Shown here piece by piece: positions 11,538 to 20,561 of a DNA stretch of 64,000 bases. The DNA comes from an uncultured Armatimonadetes bacterium. GTDB taxonomy: Bacteria > Armatimonadota > UBA5829. Each line of letters opens with the position of its first letter. The stretch's first letter is position 1. Under the pieces are notes generated by a model, which was not told the origin of the DNA, ran no database searches, and saw only the letters and a list, made by a program, of their open reading frames with translations. The position numbers were made by a program, and so were the translations under genes. The stretch lies in assembly GCA_963711155.1 (NCBI GenBank), contig CAVQDB010000003.1, forward strand, positions 97,358 through 161,357. Direction: 5' to 3'.

Positions 11538-14360
11538 ATGCGTTGCTGCGTCTGCTGCCGGCTTCTGACCGCTCTAATCGTCCTCATGTCCGTTCTTATA
11601 ACCTCGGGGCCGTCGTTCTCGGCTATCGTGGTCTACCTCGACGACGGCGGCTCGCCCCACGGCGTTAGTCTGCCCGGGATAGTCTCGCCCGTCGCGGCGC
11701 TCGACGCGCTCGCGTCGCCGCCGGCCGGGCTGAAGTCCGCGATACCGCCTGGTACGCGCGTGCTGTCGTTTGCGGCCGGCCAGGAGTATACCGACGTTGA
11801 CTTCTCGCAGACCATCCTCTCGCTGGAAATGGACGACGCGCGTCTCGAAAACATCTCCGAGCAGGTGCGCGGCACTCTGGAGGGAATGGGACTGACGGCG
11901 AGCGTAAGGATGACCGTACAAAACGCGCCGCTCTGCACCTACCTTCCGCCAGATCCTCACGTTGCGCCGCGCGCCAGGGCCCAGAGCGAGCCACTGCCAT
12001 CCGTGGGAGCGCTCTCGGGCAAGACGATTTCGCTCTCGCCCGGCCACGGTCTGCGCTGGAACGGCGGTTCCTGGGTCTACGATCGCCCTGTAACGTGCGG
12101 ACTGGCGCGCGAGGACGATCACAACATCGAGATCACGCGCTATCTGGACATCTATCTCCGGCAGGAGGGCGCCACCACGATCAACTACAGGTGCCTGGAC
12201 AAGAGCGCCGGGACCTACGCCCCGGCCAACACGCCCTGGTGGCAGATGGGCGGATCCTACTGGCTCCAGCACATCGGCTATCCCTGCTCGGTATACGCCT
12301 GCGATTCCGGTGACTGTGAGCTTGCCGCCGGAGACGACGAAGCAACCGACAACATCCGCTCCCGCCCCGTCGCCTCCGACTACGACGATACCGATGTCCA
12401 CATAGCCATGCATACCAACGCCTTGTCCGGCGACTGCTACGGCACCGGCTGTCCAAACGGCACGGAGACGTTCTACGACAATGGCGCCGAGCACTCAGAT
12501 TACGGCCCCATAAGCCGCACCCTCGCGCAGGATATCCAGACCCAGCTTATAGACGTCATAAGAACGAAGTACGCGGACTCCTCCTGGCGCGACAGGGGCG
12601 CGAAGGACGCCAACGGCGACTACGCCGAGACACGCATCCCGCACCGGCCCTGCGCACTCGTGGAACTCGCATTCCACGACAGTTGCGACAGGGACGCCGC
12701 CTACCTCAAGGACAACTGCTTCAGGTCGATGGTAACCTGGGCGATCTACAAGGGGATCTGCAACTTCTTCGGCGTCACGCCCACCTGGGACCTCTACTCG
12801 TACGAGATAACCAGCGACGACATTCCCGACGTCATGGACAAGTTCGAGACCAGGGATGTACACGTCACGCTGCACAACCGCGGTTGTCTCTGGAACGAGG
12901 CGCAGAGGTTCCGTCTGGGGGCCGTAGACGAGAGCGACCCGTTCACCACTCTGACCAGGGTGACGATCCCGACGGAGGTCGAACCCGACCAGGACCACAC
13001 GTTCACGATACCCTTCACGGCGCCCGGCCAGGTGGGCACCTATCACACGGACTGGCGGATGGTGCGCGACTACGGCGTCTGGTTCGGCCCGACCGTCTCC
13101 AAGGATGTACAGGTGCTCGACCTCACTCCGGACACGGAGGCGCCGTCAGTTCCGGCCGATCTGTCCGCAAACGTTGTCAGCATCAATCAGATCGACCTGT
13201 CCTGGTCGGCGTCCACTGACAACATCGGCGTTGTGGGCTACAAGGTCTACCGCAACGGCGTTCTTCTCACCACCACCACGGCCACGTCCCACTCCGACAC
13301 GACGGCCACTTCCGGCAGCGTCTACGCATACCAGGTGTCGGCTTACGATCTCCACGGCAACGAATCGCCCAAATGCGACGCTGTCGTGGTCGGAACGTCG
13401 CAGGTAACCGACTTCATCATCGACAATACCGCCGCTCTGCTCGTCGGCTCATGGTCCACCGGAACCGCCGCCGGCCAATACGGCGACAACTACCGCTACG
13501 GCACCTCTGCCTTCAGCGCGGGCCGCATCGCCAGGTGGATCCCCGATATCGATGTCCCCGGTGTCTACTCGGTGTCCATCTGGTATCCGCAGGCCGCGAA
13601 CCAGTCCACTATCTCTCCGTTCACGGTCATCTACGACGGCGGATCGACCGTCGTACACGTCGATCAGACGACCGGAGGAGGCGCGTGGCTGGAGATCGGC
13701 CAGTTCCCGTTCGCCGTCGGCAGAACCGGATATCTCCAGCTAACCAACGCTACCGGCGAACCCGGCACGACCTATGTGGCCGCGGACGCGGCGCGCTTCA
13801 AGCTGCTGATCCCGACGGACACGACTCCGCCGGCCATCAACTCGGTCACGGTTTCCCCCACCCTGGCCGCCGCGGGCCGTCCGGTGGACGTGTCCGTTTC
13901 GGTAACGGACAACGTCGCGGTCACGGGCGTAACGGCCAACGGCGCCGCGCTGGCGCTCAGGGCAATCGACACCTGGGGCGGCACGCTCACGGCTGATCCC
14001 GAACTTGGCGAGCATACGGTCGCCGTCGTGGCCCACGATTCGGCGAGCAATGAGAGCACGGACGCGTCCGCGGGCTATCGGACGGCGCCTGTCTTCGGAC
14101 TGAACAACTCGGCGCTGCTCGTGGGCGGGGCCGTGCGGGAAGGCGCGGCGAGATACCTGTTCAAGACGTGGGGCTATACGACGGTCGTGGACGCCGATAA
14201 CTTCGAGGTTGCCGATGGGTCCATGACGCCCGTGAAGGTCCACTGTCCGGGCCACGGACTGACGACGATGAAGTTCGTTGCGGTGTTCGGCATCGCCAAC
14301 TTCGCGGCGACTCCGCTCCAACTCGAAGCGCAGCCCGGACAGGTTCAGGTGGTCTACTGA
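11538..14360 (+). CDS. multidomain amidase paralog 3, a more divergent copy, 940 aa, intact
   Basis: Same domain order. Amidase_3 motifs are ISLSPGHG, AMHTNA, GTETFYD and IPHRPCALVELAFHDS. It ends with the shared C-terminus ...LQLEAQPGQVQVVY. Confidence 0.75.
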   Translation: MRCCVCCRLLTALIVLMSVLITSGPSFSAIVVYLDDGGSPHGVSLPGIVSPVAALDALASPPAGLKSAIPPGTRVLSFAAGQEYTDVDFSQTILSLEMDDARLENISEQVRGTLEGMGLTASVRMTVQNAPLCTYLPPDPHVAPRARAQSEPLPSVGALSGKTISLSPGHGLRWNGGSWVYDRPVTCGLAREDDHNIEITRYLDIYLRQEGATTINYRCLDKSAGTYAPANTPWWQMGGSYWLQHIGYPCSVYACDSGDCELAAGDDEATDNIRSRPVASDYDDTDVHIAMHTNALSGDCYGTGCPNGTETFYDNGAEHSDYGPISRTLAQDIQTQLIDVIRTKYADSSWRDRGAKDANGDYAETRIPHRPCALVELAFHDSCDRDAAYLKDNCFRSMVTWAIYKGICNFFGVTPTWDLYSYEITSDDIPDVMDKFETRDVHVTLHNRGCLWNEAQRFRLGAVDESDPFTTLTRVTIPTEVEPDQDHTFTIPFTAPGQVGTYHTDWRMVRDYGVWFGPTVSKDVQVLDLTPDTEAPSVPADLSANVVSINQIDLSWSASTDNIGVVGYKVYRNGVLLTTTTATSHSDTTATSGSVYAYQVSAYDLHGNESPKCDAVVVGTSQVTDFIIDNTAALLVGSWSTGTAAGQYGDNYRYGTSAFSAGRIARWIPDIDVPGVYSVSIWYPQAANQSTISPFTVIYDGGSTVVHVDQTTGGGAWLEIGQFPFAVGRTGYLQLTNATGEPGTTYVAADAARFKLLIPTDTTPPAINSVTVSPTLAAAGRPVDVSVSVTDNVAVTGVTANGAALALRAIDTWGGTLTADPELGEHTVAVVAHDSASNESTDASAGYRTAPVFGLNNSALLVGGAVREGAARYLFKTWGYTTVVDADNFEVADGSMTPVKVHCPGHGLTTMKFVAVFGIANFAATPLQLEAQPGQVQVVY

Positions 14361-14379
14361 GCTCGTGCCTACGGGACCC

Positions 14380-14470
14380 GTTAGCCCTGAGTAGCCCCGT
14401 CCGCGCGCAGGCCGAGCTTATCGAAGGACGGGCCGTATCGAAGGGCGGTGGCCCCGTAGACCGTCCCCGG
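14380..14470. repeat. GTAG-type REP-like hairpin element between convergent genes
   Basis: gccctgagtagccccgtcc...ggacgggccgtatcgaagggcgg. It shares the CCTGAGTAG and GTATCGAAGGGCG cores with the loci at 23360, 26390-26530 and 33925-34375. Confidence 0.5.
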
Positions 14471-14489
14471 GCTGCCGGACACACACGGC

Positions 14490-17144
14490 TCAGTCGAACG
14501 GAGTGATCCACGCGGGCGCGGCGTCCAAACGCATCTGCGAGCCGTAGAGGCTCAGTATTCCGCGCACCCGCACGTACTGCCCGCTGGTCAGGCCGTGACC
14601 GTTCACGTACGTGTCGATCGGCTCGCCGGAACCGTCGTCGAGACGGAAATGCCCGGTGTCAACAACGGTCACCCTGCCACAGAGGGCAAACTGGTACTTC
14701 GACGCGCCCGCTATCGTAACCGCATCCCGTGCCGCCCGGTTCGTCACCGCCATGACGGTCGTTGTCGCGTAGCTGCCGCTGGAGTTGAGCGCTGTGTTGT
14801 CGAACACGTCCGTCGCCACGATACTGACTGCATGCGGCCCCATCTGGCTGCTGGCAGGCAGCGAACCGATCCACGTGGACCCCGCGCCCTTCGACAAGTC
14901 CGCGCCGTTCGCGGTCACCGACGCAACTCCCATATTGTCGCTGACCATCGCCAGAACACTCACGTTGTCGCCCGGAAGCGCCAGCTTGGTCGGAACGATC
15001 ACGACCGAGATGACCGGTGGCGTGATGTCGCCGTATAACTGCGAACTGGCCTTCGTCCAACCCGTCCATCCACCGCCGGTCTGCGACTTGCACCACAGAA
15101 AGCCGTCCGACTGAGGTATGAACACCTGCAGGGTCCCGTCCTCGTTGTGGCCGACGGTTACCCCGCCGGTGCTCGCTCCGCCGAACGATTCCCAGCCCGA
15201 GAAACCGCCGTCGGTGGACGTCTGATACTTGTGCCAGACCTGACCCGCGCTGTCGCAGTAGAACACGTCCTGGTTGTAGCCGACGCCCATGACGATCGTG
15301 CCCGGCCTGCGGCCCACAGCCGGATCGGAGGCAGCCGAGCCGCCCAGCGACGTCCAGCCGCTCCAACTCGTCCCGACAGTAAGCCCGTTCTGCTGATTGC
15401 GCCGGATCGTGCCGTCCGAGAACCTGCAGTAGACCTCCAGGCGGCCGTCGAAGCTCTTTCCCATCACCGGGTCGCCGCCGAGCGTGCCGCCAAGGCTCGA
15501 CCAACCAGACCAGGCGCCGTCGTTGAGCTGCCACTTGTGATAGAGCTGATTGTCCGTCCCGCGAACGAACACCTCCTCGCGGCCCTCCCAGTTGAGCGCG
15601 ACCACCGGATCGGCCGTGACGCTTCCCCCAAGCGACTCCCACGCCTGCCAACTGCCATCGTAGTTCTGCCATCTGTGCTGAATCGTCCCATCAGCCATCC
15701 GGCAGAACACGTCCAACCGTCCATCAGGGCTCTTGCCGACCGCGGGCCTGCCCGCGACCGCGCCGAGGCTCGTCCAGCCCGGCTGGCCACTGCCCCCCCA
15801 GCTCCCGTTCGGCCCATCGCTCTGTCCGGCGTAGTAGAGATCGCCATCCGTAAAGCGAGCAAAGACCGAGTCGCCGCCGCTGCGGTTAATGACCGCCACC
15901 GGATCGCAGGCCGCCGTGCCGCCCATATCGACCCAGTTCGGCCATGAGCCGTTCGCCGAAGCCTGCCTGGCACGATACACCTTGCCGGTCACGCCCTTTG
16001 CGAACATCTCCATCTGCCCGCTGCGGTTGATGGCAATCGGATCGCGGGACTTATATGGGAAGTAGGGAAAGCGCCAGTAGACGTTGTTCGGAATGCACGG
16101 GATCGTCGTTCCGCCGTGCCCCAGCCACACATTCGCGATCTCGTTCTTGTCGTATATGACGTGATCCCACGTGCTGGTTGAGCCGGCGGGGTCATTGCAA
16201 ATGTAATTGCCGTCGGAGGTGATCCCCACGACGAGAACAAGGTGACCGGAAGTGGATGAGATCGGCGAATGGGTCAGTTGGCCGGCGCTGTAGGCCATTC
16301 CGAACTCGACCGGACAGCCCTGCGCGATGAGATCGCGCAGCGGCTGCTGGCCGTTCGACCGGGAGTAGTATGACTTGAATCCATACTTTGCCGCCTCTTG
16401 CGCGATGAACGGCCAGTTGCCGTACATATCGTTGTAGCTGTCGTACTCTTCGGTAACGACATACTCGGTGGACAGGAACGCGCCGCAGTAGGCCATCGCC
16501 ATCGACATGGACGTCGGACCGCAGATGCAGCAGGGATCGACCGTTGACCAGTTCTGCGATCTGAACGGCACGGCCAGCGAGGCCGTATACCCCGGATTGG
16601 GCAGCGGAACGTAGGGGACCGGCGTGCTGGTGTCAGCGTAGCAGACCGACATGAGCCTGAGCGTGGGCGTGACGCCGACCGTGTTGGTATAGAGCGTCAC
16701 CCGATATTCGACGCGCGAGTGCAGCGACGGCAGCATGAGCGTATCGTCGTCGATTCCGTTCGACCTGCTGCCCTTGACGCGAGAGATGCCCCCCGGAATC
16801 GTCCCCTGGCGCGCTATCTCGAACCACGACGTCCACGATCCGTTGTACGCGCGCACCTCGGTGCGAAAGCCCGTCCCGGGCGGCATATCGACATTCCACG
16901 AGCAAACCACGTTGTTGACCCCGAACGGCGCATTGGTCCCGTAGAAACCCGCCGTGCCGCTGGTAGCCGAGTTCGCCAGCCGGACTCCCGTGCCGGAGAC
17001 ATAGATCGTGTTGGAGTCGAGCTGGATCGGTGACAACTGCTCCTGCAGGTCGAAGACGGTGGTGGAGGTCTTGTATGAAGACTGTGCGAACGCGGCAGGC
17101 GCGGCAACAGCCGCGACAGCCAGTATAATGCATACTGCTCTCAT
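14490..17144 (-). CDS. secreted peptidase_C39-like (C39_2/BtrH-like) protein with a 7-blade PLL/tectonin-like beta-propeller lectin region and the shared C-terminal Ig+OB-like module
   Basis: Signal peptide MRAVCIILAVAAVAAPAAFA. The peptidase motif is DPCCICGPTSMSMAMAYCG...GHLVLVVG..NDP. Seven W..LGG....DP.V blades follow. The C-terminus aligns with the amidase paralogs. Confidence 0.65.
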   Translation of the reverse strand: MRAVCIILAVAAVAAPAAFAQSSYKTSTTVFDLQEQLSPIQLDSNTIYVSGTGVRLANSATSGTAGFYGTNAPFGVNNVVCSWNVDMPPGTGFRTEVRAYNGSWTSWFEIARQGTIPGGISRVKGSRSNGIDDDTLMLPSLHSRVEYRVTLYTNTVGVTPTLRLMSVCYADTSTPVPYVPLPNPGYTASLAVPFRSQNWSTVDPCCICGPTSMSMAMAYCGAFLSTEYVVTEEYDSYNDMYGNWPFIAQEAAKYGFKSYYSRSNGQQPLRDLIAQGCPVEFGMAYSAGQLTHSPISSTSGHLVLVVGITSDGNYICNDPAGSTSTWDHVIYDKNEIANVWLGHGGTTIPCIPNNVYWRFPYFPYKSRDPIAINRSGQMEMFAKGVTGKVYRARQASANGSWPNWVDMGGTAACDPVAVINRSGGDSVFARFTDGDLYYAGQSDGPNGSWGGSGQPGWTSLGAVAGRPAVGKSPDGRLDVFCRMADGTIQHRWQNYDGSWQAWESLGGSVTADPVVALNWEGREEVFVRGTDNQLYHKWQLNDGAWSGWSSLGGTLGGDPVMGKSFDGRLEVYCRFSDGTIRRNQQNGLTVGTSWSGWTSLGGSAASDPAVGRRPGTIVMGVGYNQDVFYCDSAGQVWHKYQTSTDGGFSGWESFGGASTGGVTVGHNEDGTLQVFIPQSDGFLWCKSQTGGGWTGWTKASSQLYGDITPPVISVVIVPTKLALPGDNVSVLAMVSDNMGVASVTANGADLSKGAGSTWIGSLPASSQMGPHAVSIVATDVFDNTALNSSGSYATTTVMAVTNRAARDAVTIAGASKYQFALCGRVTVVDTGHFRLDDGSGEPIDTYVNGHGLTSGQYVRVRGILSLYGSQMRLDAAPAWITPFD

Positions 17145-17323
17145 CGATACTACCTTCTGCGCCTTCTGCCTGCCCGCACGGCGCCAACACTTGCATTCTA
17201 CCACATTATCCACGGTCTGTGGGGGCAGGTCGTGGGATACCGCCCTGAGCCTGCCGGGTCTCCGGCACTCGCGCGGCCCGACCAGGTATTCTTACCAGTT
17301 TACCAGAGGTTTCCCCGATAGCC

Positions 17324-17352
17324 TTGACAAACGTCGGATATCGAGCTATCCT
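17324..17352 (+). promoter_or_regulatory. sigma70-type promoter TTGACA-17bp-TATCCT for PEP-CTERM paralog 1, followed by a conserved leader of about 100 nt
   Basis: An identical promoter architecture and an about 80% identical leader sit upstream of paralog 2. Confidence 0.5.
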
Positions 17353-17456
17353 GCAAGTAACTCAGCTATTTGAGCGCCACAACGCACATGGGAACGCTAA
17401 GATTCCCGCAACGCCGGGCGATGCCGCCCGGCCAAAGTGAAAGGAGGGAAAGTTAG

Positions 17457-18833
17457 ATGACCCTTAGGAAACCTCTTCTTGTCGTCTCCCGTTCTGGTGA
17501 TGGCGGCTTTCGTCGTCGGGTTGGCTGTGCCGGCCTCGGCGAACGTCTACGCGTCGTCGCTGCAAGTGACCGGAGACAAGTCCTTCAGCTACACCCTCAA
17601 TGAGAATGCCAGCACGAACGTGCAGATGCAGGTGTGGCAGGTCGGCGGCGGAATGGTCTATTCGCAGGACCTCGGCGCGCAGACCAAGGGCGTCCAGAAC
17701 TGGACTTGGAGCGGCGCTGGCGCTGTCGCCGGTAACAGCTACAAGGTCAAGATCGTAGCTACCGGCACAAACCAGACGCGGTTTGCCAAGATCAGCACCG
17801 ACAGCAACACTGCGATGTGCTATTGGCTGCCGACTGGAGTCTCTGTCAACAAGGACCAGAACAGCGCCGAGTTTGGCAAGATCTTCATCTCCAACGGCCA
17901 GGCTGGTACCGACCACCTCGGCACGTATACCGGCGATGGCTTCTTCAGAGTAAACGCCGACTATACGGCCGACATCTTCGGCAACGGCGGCCGGGGCTGG
18001 GGCGGCACCACTGAGACGCACAACTTGAGGAGTACCGTCGGACCTGACGGCCACCTCTACTTCTGCGACGCGTGGGACGACACTGTGTGGGAGTTGAACG
18101 ATGACTTGTCGACCGTCACTCAGTTGATCGACCTGAGCAACAAGAGCAACGGCTCCACTCAGTGGTGTTCAGCCATCGTTGTTGAGGGAACACAGGCAGA
18201 GGGCAATCGCAAGATCTACGTCTGTGACAGCAACTACGATGACACAACCCACAAAGGTCTGATGATGTACGACCTCGGCGCAAACGCCACGGCTACGCAC
18301 AACGACCATGGCACGCAATACATCGGCCCGGGTTACTTCAACTACTTCCCGGTGGACGTCGACCGTGACGCCGCCGGCAACTGGTACATGAACAACTACC
18401 GGTCTTCCACTACCCAGGCTCCGTTCTTGATGAAGTTCAACGACAGCGCGTCGCTGCCCATCAACACCGCTGCTTGGGAAGCTCCGAAGAGCTACACCTA
18501 TTGCGATTCAGTCGCCGTTGACGACAAGGACGGATGGGTAGCCGGGATAACTTACACCAACGGTATGACCTACGTCTTCAACAAGGAGACCGGTACCTCG
18601 TCGGCAGCTTCGACAGCGGCAATCACGCAGACGACATCACGTTCGACGCAGCCGGCAACATCCTTGTCTGCGACAACTACAATGAGTACGTAAGGGTGTT
18701 CTCGCCGGGCGGAACCAACGAGTTCACCACCACGTCCTACTTCGCGTTCGACGTGGTTCCTGAGCCGTCCTCGCTGCTGGCCCTGCTGATTGGCCTGCCT
18801 GGACTGCTCATCTTCAAGCGACGCAGGCACTAG
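17457..18833 (+). CDS. PEP-CTERM-anchored secreted protein, paralog 1; two apparent 1-bp frameshifts (near 17490 and near 18600)
   Basis: The ATG at 17457 gives MTLRKPLL.., collinear with the paralog-2 N-terminus. The C-terminal ORF ends VVPEPSSLLALLIGLPGLLIFKRRRH. Confidence 0.55.
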
Positions 18834-18865
18834 GCGCTTTACACAACATACTACTCGATGCTGAG

Positions 18866-18898
18866 TGGGGCGGGGTCATCAGACCCCGCTCTTTGTTC
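18866..18898 (+). terminator. rho-independent terminator
   Basis: ggggcggggtc atcag accccgctc, then tttgttctt. Confidence 0.6.
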
Positions 18899-18943
18899 TT
18901 ACGAGATTCCGACGCACAACACGTATTCTTTCACGCCAGGGAC

Positions 18944-18972
18944 TTGACAACGGCCGATTGTGGAGGTATCCT
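18944..18972 (+). promoter_or_regulatory. sigma70-type promoter TTGACA-17bp-TATCCT for PEP-CTERM paralog 2
   Basis: gacttgacaacggccgattgtggaggtatcctgcaa. Confidence 0.5.
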
Positions 18973-19075
18973 GCAACTGACTCAGCAACTTGAGCGCCAC
19001 GATACGCAGGGGAACGCTAAGATTCCCACGACGCCGGGTGTGCACGCCCGGTGAAGTGAAAGGAGGGAAAATCAA

Positions 19076-20473
19076 ATGACTCTAAACAAACCTCTGTTCG
19101 TCGTCTCCGTCTTGGCGATGGCGGCATTCGTCGTCGGGCTGGCAGTGCCGGCTTCGGCGAACGTATATGCCTCCGGCCTCACGGTGACGGGTGACAAGTC
19201 CATCAGCTACATACTCAACGAGAATGCCGATACAGGCATTCAGATGCAGGTGTGGCAGGTCGGCGGCGGTATGGTCTATTCGCAGGACCTCGGCGCCTTG
19301 GACAAGGGCACCCACAACTGGACATGGAACGGCGCTGGCGGCGTCGCGGGCAACAGCTACAGCATCAAGATCGTAGCGTCGTCCGCGGGCCACACCGGCT
19401 GGACGAAGATCAGCGACGACAGCACCTTGTGCCAGTTCGAGAACCCGCGGGGGTTAGCTGTCAACACCTACCAGAACACTGCCAACTTCGGCAAGATCTA
19501 CGTGTCGAACGTCCGAACCAGCCCAACCGCTACGGGAAGAGCAATGCAGAACGGAACCTACGCCCTGAACGCCGATTGCACAGACGACGGCTTCCACACG
19601 GGCGGAGTGGCGTGGACCAACACTAGCACTACCACTGCCGCGCGGCACGGCTGCGTTGGACCGGACGGCCACCTCTATCTGGCGGACTACAGCAATGACC
19701 TGGCCTACGAGTTCAGCGAGGACATGTCAACCGCCACGCTGCTGATCGACGGCACCAACAAGACCGCCAACCAGTGGGTGCGCGACATCTGTGTGACCGG
19801 AACCGGCGCAGATCGCAAGATCTATCTGGCTAACCCCTACTGGGTATCAGGTGGAGATCTTTCCAGGACCGGCATCGTCGGATACGATCTCGGCACGAAC
19901 ACTAGGGTTACACCCGGCGACACCGGCACGGAGATCATAAACTTCGCTGACAACGGCCTGCTGTATCCCTATGATGTCAAGCGGGACAGTGCCGGAGACT
20001 GGTATTCCTCCCAGTACCGGGCGACTGCGGGTACTGGAGCGCCGCTCATCAAGTGGCAGGACGGCTCGGCGCCGATCGGTCCAGGGAACATCATGTGGCA
20101 GGCCGACCAAGCCTACACCTACAACAATGGCTTCGACATCTACGAGCCGGGAAACCTCATAGCGTACTGCAACTTCTACTCCGGCGACGGTAGCGTGTAT
20201 ATCTTCGACATGGCTACCGGCGCGTACGTCGATCAGTTCGCCACGGGCACTGAGACTTACAAGACGCCCAGGGACATCGCGTTCGACGCGGCCGGCAACA
20301 TCGTGACCGTGGACAACTACACTGAGCGCATGCGCATCTGGTCGCCGGGTGGAGAAAACAGCTTCACTACCACGTCCTACTTCGCGTTCGACGTCGTTCC
20401 CGAGCCGTCCTCGATGCTGGCCTTGCTGGCCGGTATTCCCGGACTGCTCATCTTCAAGCGACGCAGGCACTAG
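19076..20473 (+). CDS. PEP-CTERM-anchored secreted protein, paralog 2 (465 aa)
   Basis: Signal peptide. The C-terminus VVPEPSSMLALLAGIPGLLIFKRRRH is the PEP-CTERM exosortase sorting signal. Confidence 0.7.
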   Translation: MTLNKPLFVVSVLAMAAFVVGLAVPASANVYASGLTVTGDKSISYILNENADTGIQMQVWQVGGGMVYSQDLGALDKGTHNWTWNGAGGVAGNSYSIKIVASSAGHTGWTKISDDSTLCQFENPRGLAVNTYQNTANFGKIYVSNVRTSPTATGRAMQNGTYALNADCTDDGFHTGGVAWTNTSTTTAARHGCVGPDGHLYLADYSNDLAYEFSEDMSTATLLIDGTNKTANQWVRDICVTGTGADRKIYLANPYWVSGGDLSRTGIVGYDLGTNTRVTPGDTGTEIINFADNGLLYPYDVKRDSAGDWYSSQYRATAGTGAPLIKWQDGSAPIGPGNIMWQADQAYTYNNGFDIYEPGNLIAYCNFYSGDGSVYIFDMATGAYVDQFATGTETYKTPRDIAFDAAGNIVTVDNYTERMRIWSPGGENSFTTTSYFAFDVVPEPSSMLALLAGIPGLLIFKRRRH

Positions 20474-20506
20474 GCGCTTCGCAATACGCTTAACGGTGCT
20501 GAGTAG

Positions 20507-20537
20507 TGGGCGGGGTCGATAGACCCCGCCCTTTGTT
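20507..20537 (+). terminator. rho-independent terminator
   Basis: gggcggggtc gatag accccgccc, then tttgtt. Confidence 0.6.
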
Positions 20538-20561
20538 CGTCTATGTGGTATTATGTAGTCC

